From contig NC_087439.1 in NCBI RefSeq assembly GCF_036321535.1, positions 82,150,001 to 82,214,000 of the forward strand: a stretch of DNA of 64,000 nt, given 5' to 3'. This document shows positions 33,628-45,600 of this stretch, piece by piece. Made by a program: the position numbers and the translations under genes. How positions within the stretch are numbered: the first letter of the stretch is position 1; the number at the start of each line of letters is the position of its first letter. The notes under the pieces were generated by a model. The model was given only the letters and a program-made list of their open reading frames with translations. It did not search any database and was not told the DNA's origin. Origin of the DNA: Camelus dromedarius (taxonomy: Eukaryota).

Positions 33628-36600
33628 GCCACAGCCACCATCGCCACCTTCTCAATCTCGGCCCCTGAACGCCCGGCGGGCCACGGGTGTGACTCACTGC
33701 GTAAGCAAACTCTTAACGAGTAACTTTGCATCGAGGGCTGGAATGCCAGGGAAAGACTTCGTTACAAATTAAAAATATTCCCGCCTGGAAAATTGACTTT
33801 CTAGGGTTTAAGGCCAAAGTGGTCGCTACCTGGGAACAGGTTTGCCTATTTACCTGCGCCCTGGAGGCCCTGCTCTCCTCTCTCCAGTGGAAACGCGGCG
33901 CTCCCTGAAATTACCATATTCTTCCACGGCCCCAAGCGCTCCTCGGCTCCCAGCTTCAGCTCGGCCTCAGCCTGTGGTCACACAGACTTGACCATCTCAC
34001 CATCTCCTACTTTTTCGCCAACGCTCACGCATGTGCATTTGAACAAACATCGTGCCCATTTCCTGCTAGACCCACAAGCATTTCTACCTTGGAGAGGAAG
34101 TTCCTTGGAAAGCACCTGGGTGGCTGGGGTCGCTGCGTTGACCCTGTGGTAGGGAAGGGGTCAGGCCTTCTTGAAGGGTGGTCATTCTCCCTGTGTCTGA
34201 CTGGTGTGTGATCTGATGCCCTTCCTGGGTGGATGAGTGCACTTCTTTGGGAAGTTTTACTCTCCCACCCAAATCGAACTCCCTGGCAGAGGACTTGGAT
34301 TGGTTCCCCTATGGTAGCACTTATCACAACTAGTCATGATTTACCTGGACCTGGGGTCGCTGGTTTTGTGTGCTCTGTTCTCCGCTGCTGTCCACCTGGC
34401 TCAGTGCCTAGATGCTCAGTAAACATTTCTGGAATGAATGAATGCCCCAGTGGCCAGACAGCAAACTCCTTCAGGGCAAAGACCAGCAATTTTGTTCTCT
34501 GAATCGTCCCCAGCACCAAGCACAGTGCCCAACGCATCATATCAAGGAATAGTGTTGGATGGGTGAGGGGGATTTGAACACCCAGCATTTCTTGAGCACC
34601 TACTGTTTGTCGGGGCTGTGCCAGGTGTATGTCAGCACCCAGAGGCTCTGAGCACAGACTCTGGTGCCAGGTCGCCTGGTCCCCTGCTCTGCCACGTCAT
34701 GTGAACTTACATTGTCTTTTCTGTAAAATAGAGATGTTAAGAAACCTTCAGAAGAGGGATTTTGTGAGAATTAAGGAGTTAATTTATATAAAGTGCTTAG
34801 GACTGTGCTGGGCGCAGAGTAAGCACTAAGTAAATGTTAGCCGTTGTTCGATTATTTAGGTACATCATCTGTTTCCTTATAATACCTCTGAAAGGTGCCT
34901 ATTATTATTCACATTTTACAGATGAAAAGTGTTGGATCAGCTAGGTTAAATGGCTGAACCCAAATCCCACAGTCAGTAAAGGCAGAGCTGCAACCCTGTA
35001 CCCTCCACTGATAGGAGAGCCATAGCTCAGAGCTTGGGGGTTTGCCCTAGCAGAATTCCGTCCTCTAAGAAGCAAAATTGCAGTCCCCTCCAAAATTGCT
35101 GAGAGAGCCTTTACCAAGGTGCATGATGCCCTGTGAGAGTGGGCCCAGTGGGGATCCAAGATCAAATGGCTGCTCCATCTTGGCAAGGAGTTCCACGCCC
35201 CACATGGGCTCCCCGACTTTCTTGAGCACCTACCTCGCATCACTCTGAACTTTGTCTCCGATCCTCACACTGGCTTTAGGAGGAGGAATTACCATTCCAT
35301 TTTCACAGGTGAGCACTCTGAGGCTCAGAGAGGTTAAATCACCACCCTAGGTGGCCTGTCCAAGGCTGGTGTCAGAGCCAGGATTTGAACCCTGTTCTGT
35401 TAGGCTCCATAATGTGCACCCATTTTGCATGTTATGAAGCTTCTGTGGATCTGTTTCCAGCACCACATCCAGTGGTCGATCTCTGCCCCAGTTTGGGTTT
35501 TACTGGTCTTCGCAACACTCACTACTAATGAGGCCTTGTGTATATGATTTCACTCTGCAAATGCCTTTGACATTCTTTCTCTTTTGAGACTTATAACCAA
35601 TCTGTGAATTAAGTGGGGCAGGAATTTCTATCCCCACTTGACGGATGAGGAAACTGAGGACCAAAGAAGTCAATAAATCACTTTACTAACCAAGATTACA
35701 CAGGCTGTCACTGGTGGAGTGGGAGCTGGGACCAGGGTCTACTGACACCTGAGGTTAGTGGAGAATGCTGGGGCCAGTGGGAGGGGGGAACTGGGTTCTA
35801 GATCTGAATTTGCCCTTTTTTCTATATGCCCTTGGATATGTCCCTTGCCATCTCTAGGCTTTTGTTTTGGCCTTTGTACAATAAGGGTTTGGACTGAGTC
35901 ACCTCCCAGTTCTGATCAGTGCAGACCCGACCCTCCACCCCCTGCCCCCAGCACTTTGAGTTGGTACCGTCTTCCCTGGCAGAGATAGAAAATGAGGAGT
36001 CTTTGAACCTGGACACTTGGGCCACCCCCAAGTGAAGCTGGGGCCTGAGAGCCATCTAACCTGGGGTGCTAGTCACAGTCCAGGGTAGATGAAGATGAAG
36101 GACCCCTTTCCACTGGCCCACCCTGGACCCCAGGGCACTGCAGTGTAAGTTCCAGGGGTCTAAGTTAGAGGCATGAAGCTGGACCACATCAGGGGAGGGC
36201 TGATGGAATTTGAAGGGATAAAGCTGCCATGGAAAAGTGGGGTAGGGGGAGGTGCCAGGGCCTTGGCAGACACAGGGTGCCCAGAAGGCCCTGGAGATAA
36301 AGCCCAGGCTGCAGATTAGCCCTGGGATTAGCCCGGCCTCGGCTGCTCCTGGCTGCTTCTCATCTCATGGAGGCCCAGAGCCTTCTCCCCCTGCAGCTCT
36401 GAGCCCTGGCCCTGCTAATTGCTTGTTAACCCTGTGGGCTCTGTGACTGCAGGGAGGATGAGGGGGTGGGGAGGGATGGGGGAGAATGCGAGCCAGCCGG
36501 CCAGGGAGAACTTTTCAAGGAAATGGGGGCTGTGGACAGATGGAACTCAAGGGACTGAGAGAGAAGCCACCACTCACAAACTCTGGACAGATCTTCCCCA

Positions 36601-39600
36601 GCCCCTGATCGTTATCTGGGGCAGACCTAGAAGATGGGGCAGGGAAAGGAGGGAAAGTCTCCTGGGGAAGGGTTCTTGGCTTGGGGAGGCAGCTTCAGGC
36701 CTAGGGGAAAATCTAGGAGGAAAACAAGAGTCAGAGACTAGACACCTAGACTAGGGGATAGACCGAGGGGAGAGCAAACAGGATAGAAAGCAGTGGGCAA
36801 AGGAAAAGAGAGGCTGAGGTCAGCGAGGCCAATGGGAGGGATGACAGAGGCCAGGGGGATGGCAGGCTGACAGAGGGCAAGGGACAGAGGCAGAGATCAG
36901 ATGGATAATTGATCAGTCAGGCCAGGAGGATAGAGAGGGACTTGAGGACATTCTAAGATCAGGGGACAGAGACTAGGAAGATGGACAGATCCAGGGCAGG
37001 GTCCAGACCAACGCTAAAACAGAGATGGTCCAAGAGGGATGGGTAGAGGGCTGGCTGGAAGGAGGGTGGTGGAGGGGTCCCAGGGGCTGCCTTCAGCGCA
37101 GACGTAGTCCTGTCTAAAAGCTGTCCAACCTACGGACAGAGGGGCTCAGCCTAGGGCCAGGAGGGTGGACCTGGGAGCAAAGGCAGAGAGCAAGGGAGGG
37201 CAGAGAAGAAGGAGGGCCAGATGGGAGGAGGAGGTGGGCTCTGAGATGGGGACAAGCCCCAGAGGCTGAGGGCTGGGTTAGGGTGAGAGGACCTGGAAAT
37301 AGCCTCTTGGCCCATTAGGGCACATCCTGGCCCAGGACATGTCCCTTTCCATGGCAAGACTCTGGACCCTCAACTCCTGCTCACCCACCCTCCTTCAGGG
37401 CCAGTCCGTGGGGAGAGAGCAGTGGACAGCCAGTGGGACCTTGTGGCTGAGCAGCCGTGCCGTCTCCATGGAAGAGACTGTGGGCTGTGCTGCCACCAGA
37501 GTTCTGCCACTTAGGAGCTGGCGTCTCCACTTGCCGCTGCCTGCCTGGCCCAGGGACCGTCTCCAGGGCAACGCTCTGCTCTGCCCAGCAGTCAGGCCTG
37601 ACCCGGGCTGTGCAGGTGGCCTGGCCCAGCCAGTCTGGCCTGTCCATTCCCTGCAGAGTATTGTCCATCAGACCCAGAGTCCTTTCACCCATCTCCCTTT
37701 GTCACCCCTACTCTGCACAGTCGCCTCAAGGGCAGGGGTACTATGTGGCCATCCCTATCCAAAACCTTTAGAGCCAAAGCCTTCCAGGTTGGCTCTTCCC
37801 AGCACAGGGCTGGGCTCAGCAACACGTAGCCTGTGGCTGTGTGTCTAGGTTGGAGGTGCCACATAGGGATGCTGCCCCAGCCACACCCAGGTTCAGGATC
37901 CTACCAGTCATTCACTTACATCCACCAGGTGATTTATAAGCACTAACTCTACTTTGACATCAGGTTCAGTTCTACTTGAATCTCTACTCTTGTTTACTTG
38001 CTGTGTGCTCTTAGTCAAATTACTTTCCCTCTCTGAACTTCCTCATCATGAAACGGGGGCACCAATGCTTACCTTATGTGGTTTTCTTGGAGACTCAAAG
38101 AAGAAAATAGATCAAAAGTACCAGCATAGGACCTAGTACAAAGTGGGAATGTTTGATAATGTTCATTTTGCTTTCCTTCCCCCTATCTCATGCCTCTTTC
38201 TGCAAATTGCCCTGGGCTCTGGGGATGCCAAAATGGTGAACCAGGGTTCCTGGCCTCAGGGAGTCCATAGCCTCCCTTGAGACTATGGAGAGACCATGAC
38301 AATGCCTGGGGTTAGGTTCAACCAAGGTGGTGCTGCACACTGCGGGGCACGAGTGAGCAGCTCACTGCTGTCCCCAGCGCAGCCCAGGCCTTGTTTAGCC
38401 TTCCAACTGGCCACATCAGCAAGAGCCGATTCCAGCATCTTCTTTGCCCGAAATAGGAAGAGGGGGACTGCTTTGAGATTTGGGGCAAATACTTACGTAT
38501 GCCCCCCATCTGCCTTTCCCACAGCACTGAGAACCCAGGGATCTTGCCTCAGGCCCCTATAGGGTTCTTCTCCCTCCAGTGACACGTTGAGAGTCAGGCT
38601 GTCTTGATGGACTCTTGCCCTTCATCTAGGGCCTTTCTATTCAAAGTGCGGTCCTTGGACGAATAGGTTGTTAGAAATGCAGAATCTCAATCCTGCCCCC
38701 AACACACACTTACTGAATCAGAATCTGCATTTTAACAACAGGTATTCTGTGCACACATTAAAGTTTGAGAAGCACTGATCTTGGAGACCTTGGCAAATCA
38801 GCCAGCTTCTCCAACTGAGGCCAAACTGAGGAGTGTCAAGTTTCCTCATCTGTAGGATGTAACATGGTTCTGAAGATTCAATTGGAAAGAGTGCATTAAG
38901 CATTTAGTGCAGTGCCTGGGGTGGAGCTGATGTTCTGGGACTGTCAGCAATGCCCACTCCTGCCCCACAGATGGACACACAGCAGGGAGCTGGAGTAGAC
39001 AGGGTCAAGGACTGGAACCCAGAAGCTGGCAAGGGTGCAGAAGGAGGAGGGGAGGGACAGGTGAGGAACTGAACTGAATGGTAGCAGATCTGGAGAAGAG
39101 AGTGAGAAGGGTGTAGAGGAGTGGAGTGGAAGGGAAGGAGGAGTAAGAGAAAAGGGGACAGGTGTTGGGTGACACTCCTGTCTCATTTCAGGTGGATGGG
39201 TTGACAGGAGCTGGGGCTTGGGGTAGGGTAGGCTTGGGTTGGGGGAGTTGCCAGCAATGGATTGTGGAAACATCTTGAGTCTTGCATCTGGAGGAGTTCC
39301 ACCTCTCCCACTGACTAGCTGTGTGACGTTAGGCAAATCACAGCACCCCTCTGAGCTGTGGTTGCTTCATCTGTAATCACTGGGCTAATTAAACCCACCC
39401 GATACCAGAGTGGCTAAGGCGATGAAGTGGGGCAGCAGTAGATGTTGCCATGTTTTGTTAACTGCACAGTGCTTGTTATGTGTGTGCTTTTGTTTTGAGA
39501 ATCTGAGGCAGGGTGTTGGTGTGAATGAAGAACTGTACGAGAGGAGAGGAGAGCGTAGCCAGGGTGATTAACCTAGCTGGGATGGAAGACAACCCTGCCC

Positions 39601-42600
39601 CGCCACAAGGGCGGCCCCAGGCCCCCAGTTCTTAGAACTCCTCACTCCCACAGCCCTCAACTCAGCCCTTTCCCTTCCACACCCTCCCTGTGGAGCTAGG
39701 CATTTCAGAATCTTTCCCTAACCCTGCCTTGTGCCTTTTCTCCCAGCTTTTACCAAAGTGAAAATGTTCCCAAGTAGAGGGGAGGGAGAGAGAGAGAGTG
39801 ATTGAGTGCACCGACCCCTTACCCCCAGGGAAGGTGCTGCCTGTGATGGGTTTGACCCTGGGGCTGGTCCCTGTGGGGTGAGCCTGGCAGAGGGGAACTT
39901 CCATCCGCCTCTCTCTCAAGCTCCTCCCCACCCCAGCTGCTCTCAACTCCCAACTGCAGCTGTGTTCCCAGCCGGAGCCTGTTTCTATCTCCGGGGCGCC
40001 AGCTCCATCTGGTGTCCATGCTGGAGAACTTTTTGCAAAGGATGCTTATTAAAGCATCCCTGTGCCCTGCTCTGGGCCAGGTGCTGGGGACAGCAGACGG
40101 GCTCATTGCCCTTCTGCAGCATAAACTCAAGTGAGGAGAAGCTGGATATTGAACACAGGGGCAAATAGACAATCATCGCAGGTCTTTTTTATTGAAGTAC
40201 AGTCAATTACAATGTGTCAGTTTCTGGGTACAGCATCATCTCAGGTCTTGATGAGTACTTTGAGCAAATCAACAATCACATTGTGGGGGGAAGATGATGC
40301 TGTGTGGTATGAGTCTGCATCTGAAGAAGGGACATTTAAGCTGAGGCTTAAAGGATGAGCAGCCAGCCATGCCAGTTGTAGGTGAGGGGCATTCCAGGAG
40401 AGGGAACTGAATAAACAAAGGCCCCAGGGAGGGAAGTTGTTCCATAAGTTTGAAATTGTCACAGAGATCTGGGAGTGGAGAGGCAGCAGAGAGAGGCAAA
40501 GGTTTCCTCACGTTGGAGACTTTCAGGCAAGGGAAGCAATTTGGTTTTATTCTCTGTAAAATGGGAAGTCATTGTTGGGCTTTAAGCTGGTGAGTGGCTT
40601 GACTGGATCCACGCAGTGTAGACCGAGCACTATGGCTACTGCGTTATGAATGGCTTGGAAGGAAAGGCAAGGAGGGATGAAGGGACACCAGTTAGGGCCC
40701 GCTGCCATAAGCCAGGGGAGAGGATGGTGAAAGGGGGACACGAGATGGAAGGAAAGTGGATAGATCCTAAGTAGATTTCAGAAGTCTAACTGCCCAGGAC
40801 GGCTGCTGGATTGGATGCAGGGTGAGGGAGAGATTTCAGGGATCCTGACTTGAGAAATTAGGTAGATAGTGGGGCCCTTTACTTGGTGGTGGAAAATGGT
40901 GAGGAACAGGATTTGGGAAGATGTCAAGAGTTCTGCTGTTGATATGTTAAGCTGGAGCTGCCTTTTAATCACCTAACTGAGGGTGTCAGTAGAAAAGATG
41001 GAGCTCGGGGAGAGGCTGGGCTGTAGGTTGGTTGCTGGGATATGGGACAGGGGGCTCCAGGCAGGTCTGGTGCTCCTCACAGGGGACAGGGAAGCCTGAG
41101 CCTAAGGCATTGTCTTCCGTCTCCCCTCCTCTTCTCTCTTACCCCCAGGTCTATACTCGCTATGGGAAGTGTTATACCTTCAATGCGGATCCACAGAGCT
41201 CGCTGCCCAGCCGGGCAGGGGGCATGGGCAGTGGCCTGGAGATCATGTTGGACATCCAGCAAGAGGAGTACCTGCCCATCTGGAGAGAGACAAGTATGCA
41301 GGCAGGAAAAGGACAAGGGCTCCAGCCTGGGTCCTCTCTGCCTGGGATGGGTTTCCAAAGGTCTCCATCTCCATTGTGCAGACGAGACATCGTTTGAGGC
41401 CGGCATCCGAGTACAGATCCACAGCCAGGAGGAGCCACCCTACATCCACCAGCTGGGCTTCGGTGTGTCCCCAGGCTTCCAGACCTTTGTGTCCTGCCAG
41501 GAACAGCGGGTGAGCCCCGCAAGCTGGGTCCTGGGTTGGGCCCAGCACCAGGCCTTTGGGCTCTGAGGGAATGCTGTCCAGATCTGCCCTCCAGAAACTC
41601 CCATCCCTCCAGCTCTCCTGTGGACTTTGCCAGGGCTGTGGGCACTGGAGGGCTGGGTGGGACTTCTGGGTGTAACCCCATCATGCCCCGCCTCNNNNNN
41701 NNNNNNNNNNNNNNNNNNNNNNNNNNNNNNNNNNNNNNNNNNNNNNNNNNNNNNNNNNNNNNNNNNNNNNNNNNNNNNNNNNNNNNNNNNNNNNNNNNNN
41801 NNNNNNNNNNNNNNNNNNNNNNNNNNNNNNNNNNNNNNNNNNNNNNNNNNNNNNNNNNNNNNNNNNNNNNNNNNNNNNNNNNCAGCCCTCCAGGGGCAGA
41901 ACACTGCTCCTGTGCATGGGGGCTGGTGCATGTGTACAGCGTGTGCATATGTCTCTACCCACGTGAGTGTACACGGTATGTGTTTGGATTTTCTGCATGT
42001 TTTCATATATGCACATGGGAGTGTGCACATGTGTGTTTGTGTGCATGTTAATATGTATTTATGCATACATGTACTTGCGTTCATCTCTGCTTGTGTACTT
42101 GTAGGGATTGCGTGCATGTGCTTGAACACGTGCATGCAAATGTGTGTGCATCTATGTGCCCCCAAGCACACATTGGTTTGTGTGCATATATGCATGTGTA
42201 TATTTTCATGCTGATATGCACCAGCATGTATAAACTCACATATGCATGTGTATGTGCAAACACACACATGTACGGGCATGCATGTGTGTGCCCACATTTG
42301 GGAATGTTGTGGGGGAGCACGGATGGAACCGTAGACTCCAGGAATAATCTTCTCTCCTTTCAGGCAATGAGACCATCTGCCCGCCAAATATCTACATCGA
42401 GTGTGCTGACCACACACTGGGTCCGTGCTGCCTTCTCCCCTCCCTGCCTTTCGTCACCCTCTTCTTCATCTCTCTGTCCACCCTTCTCCTCACTGTCTTG
42501 GTTCCCCTCCTCCCAGTCTCTTCCTAGGGGGCTTCTTCCTGGGGGGTTGAGCCGTATCCCCATACTTCCAGGGGTCTGAGGACCTTTGCAGGTGTGTTCC

Positions 42601-45600
42601 TTGGTAAGTGCAGGCAGTGGGGTGGGGGGTGTTGCAGAGAACCTGGGACTGAGAGTGAGGGCTGGACTTCTCACCTTGGTTCTGCAGATGAGCTTGCCTC
42701 TCTGGGAAAGTGAGATGACTTTTCCCTTGGTGTGAGGAACGTTGCATTGCTGGCTATTGGTTTAAGTAAGGCAACCCGATCTGTCCATAGGTGTCATCTG
42801 ATTCACACTTCCTTCCTTCCTTCCTTTCTTCCTTCCTTCGTTCATTCATTCTACAGATGTTTACAGCCTGCGCTGGTGCTGGAGCTAAGAGTGGGAACAA
42901 GAGCCCGGTAGGGCTGTGGACAGGCATTACAATGCAGGGTGTTAGTTCTTGGGAAGGGGAACCTCAGGGTTCCTACAGGGCCCCAGGAAAGGTATGCAAC
43001 CCTGCCTGGGAAGGCAGAGAGGATTCCTAGAGGAAATGACATATGAGCTGAGACTTGAAGGCTGTGGAAGAGTCAGCCAGGTGAAAAGGGGGACATGTTC
43101 TAGGCAGTAGGAACAGCACGTGCTAAAGACCAGAGACAGCATGTGTGTCTGGGGCCATGAAAGGGCAAAGTCAGTGTGGCTGGAGGGCAGAGAACAAAGG
43201 AGCGGGTGGAAAGAGTGGAGGAGGCACTAGGAAGCCAACAACAGCTTAAGGTGAGGCAAGAATGCCATCTGATTTTAAGAAGGTGACTCTGATTAGATGT
43301 GAGGATGGATGGGGGGAGGAAGACCAGAAGCAGGGTGACTGGTCAGGAGGGCATTGTGGGAATCCAGATGCTGGGGCCATGGGGATGGGTTTGAGATGCT
43401 GGGGCAGTAGAATCACATTAAGACTTTCTCTGTCCCACACACCAACTACATCTGCCAAAGGGGTGATAGAAGGTGATTAATGAAGGAACAGATGTGTGAG
43501 TGGGACTAGGGGAACCACAAGGGGTGGTGAGACTCCGCAGAACTCACAACACCAGGGAGCCTTTCCTCCCTGGGCCTGAAGGGACAAAGGAAAGGAACGC
43601 TCCTGGGCCCAGAGAGTGATCCGGGGCTGCCCGAGATGGATGGGAGCCAGGAACCAGGGCCACAAGAGGAGGAATGCAGCCTCTGCCACCTAAATACCCC
43701 AGCATCTCTCCTCTCCTTGCCCTGTGATCCTGCCGGGGCCTCCCATTGGGCAAACCTAACCCAAAGACAGTGGACAGGGAGTCTAGGTGATGCATTTGGC
43801 AGAGATCAGACCTCTGGGACAGAATAAGGTAGGGAGAGTGGAAAGTGGATCTGAAGCGGTGAACAGAGGAAACCCAGCATCCTGAGAATACCAATCCTGT
43901 CCATTTGTTCTTCTGTCCGTCCATTCATCCATCACTCCACTCATCCATATGCATGTGTGAAAACATGCATAAATCCCATTCATCCTAGGATCCTCTCCAA
44001 GCCCCTTGTGTGTCCAAGGCCTCATTGACTAATTAGCTCTGGTGAATGGGTTGTGCCCTCCCTCTGAGCCAGGAGGACCTCTCTGCCCCAGGGGGCTGGG
44101 AGGCAGAGGGATACAGGAGTGTGCTGGGCGTTCTGCCTCCACCCACTTTCTCCGGTGCTCTGAAGCTGGTCCAGGAAGGGACTCCCATCCAGTCTCCTCT
44201 AGACAGTGCCAGCACTGGCCAGAACAGGCCCTCAATGTGGCCATGCCTGCCTCAGGATACCCCTAAGATTCCTCCTTGCAGTTAGAGGGCCTCTGGGCTG
44301 CCCCCGGCCCCTATTGCAGTTGGTGCCTCTATATTGCAGACTCCCTGGGCGGGGGCTCCCAAGGCCCATGTTTCTGCCCTACCCCCTGCAACCTGACCCG
44401 CTACGGGAAAGAAATCTCCATGGTCAGGATCCCCAACAGGGGCTCAGCCCGGTACCTGGCAAGAAAGTACAACCGCAACGAAACCTACATACGGTATGTA
44501 TGTGTGTGTGTGTGTGTGTGTGTGAGTGTGTGTGTGTGTGTGTGTGTAGGCCGCCCTCAATAGGCCTGATTTGTGGTGGAGGCTGGGAGTGGGGCCCATC
44601 TTTATTAATAATGAGTATTCTGCCAGGAAGGTCCTTCACAGATCCTTTTCTTCTAACCAACCCCTACCTATCCTCCAAGTCACATCCTGTGTCTCTGCCT
44701 CCATGGAGGCCCTTCTGAGCCCAAATGCCTTTCATCTCCCACAGCATCCTGTACATACCTCTGTCACTGGACTTACCCACTGTTTTAGAATCCTCCATTT
44801 GTGTGTCTTTCTCCCCCAGCAACCTGGCAGCCATTAAGTGCACATGGAGTGAATGCTGTGCGGGGAGGCGGGGAGAACTAGAAGGGATTGGGGAGGAACC
44901 AGGTGGCCTGCAGGAAAGGGCCACACTGAACCTTGGGTCTGGTACCCTGCAGCCAATCCACTAATGCTGAGCATCCTCTGAGCCAGGCCCAGCGCTGGAT
45001 CCTATGGAGACAGAGATGATTAGAACACAAAACTCATGCCACAATTTGTAGATGAGGCCGTGTTTGATGGTGTACTATTGATTCTTAGGCCCCGGGAGAG
45101 ATTAATGTGGGTAGGGTAGGGGAAACAGGGGAGGTGTGAGTGGGGCGTCTGAGGATCCCGGGTTTGGGTCCATGAGAACAGGAGAGAAGGGAGGCATCCC
45201 AGTTAGAGATCTGTGGGATGATGCCAAGGCCAGCCTGAGCAGTAGGCAGGCTGTGTGTGTGGAGAGAAGCAGATAAGAAAGCAGTTTGGATAAGACGGTA
45301 CAGTGCAATCTTGGTCTGGGCTGTCTTGGTGCAGTCTGATCATGGGCAGTCTTGAAAGTCTGGAACAGAAATTTTGGAGTGGACTGTCAGGCAGTAGGGA
45401 GCCACTGAAGGTTCTAGAGAGGTATAGGGATGAGGCAAAGTGAACGTTATTTGTTCCTCTAGAGAAAGCAGGAGGGACTCTTGCAGGCTCAGGAGTTTTG
45501 TTTTCCCAGGCCCTTTGCTAACCCTCAAAATATGAACTGACATGCATCTGGGACAGCCTCCCCTCAGAGCTTCTACACACAGGGGCTCTCAGATCTGGAT

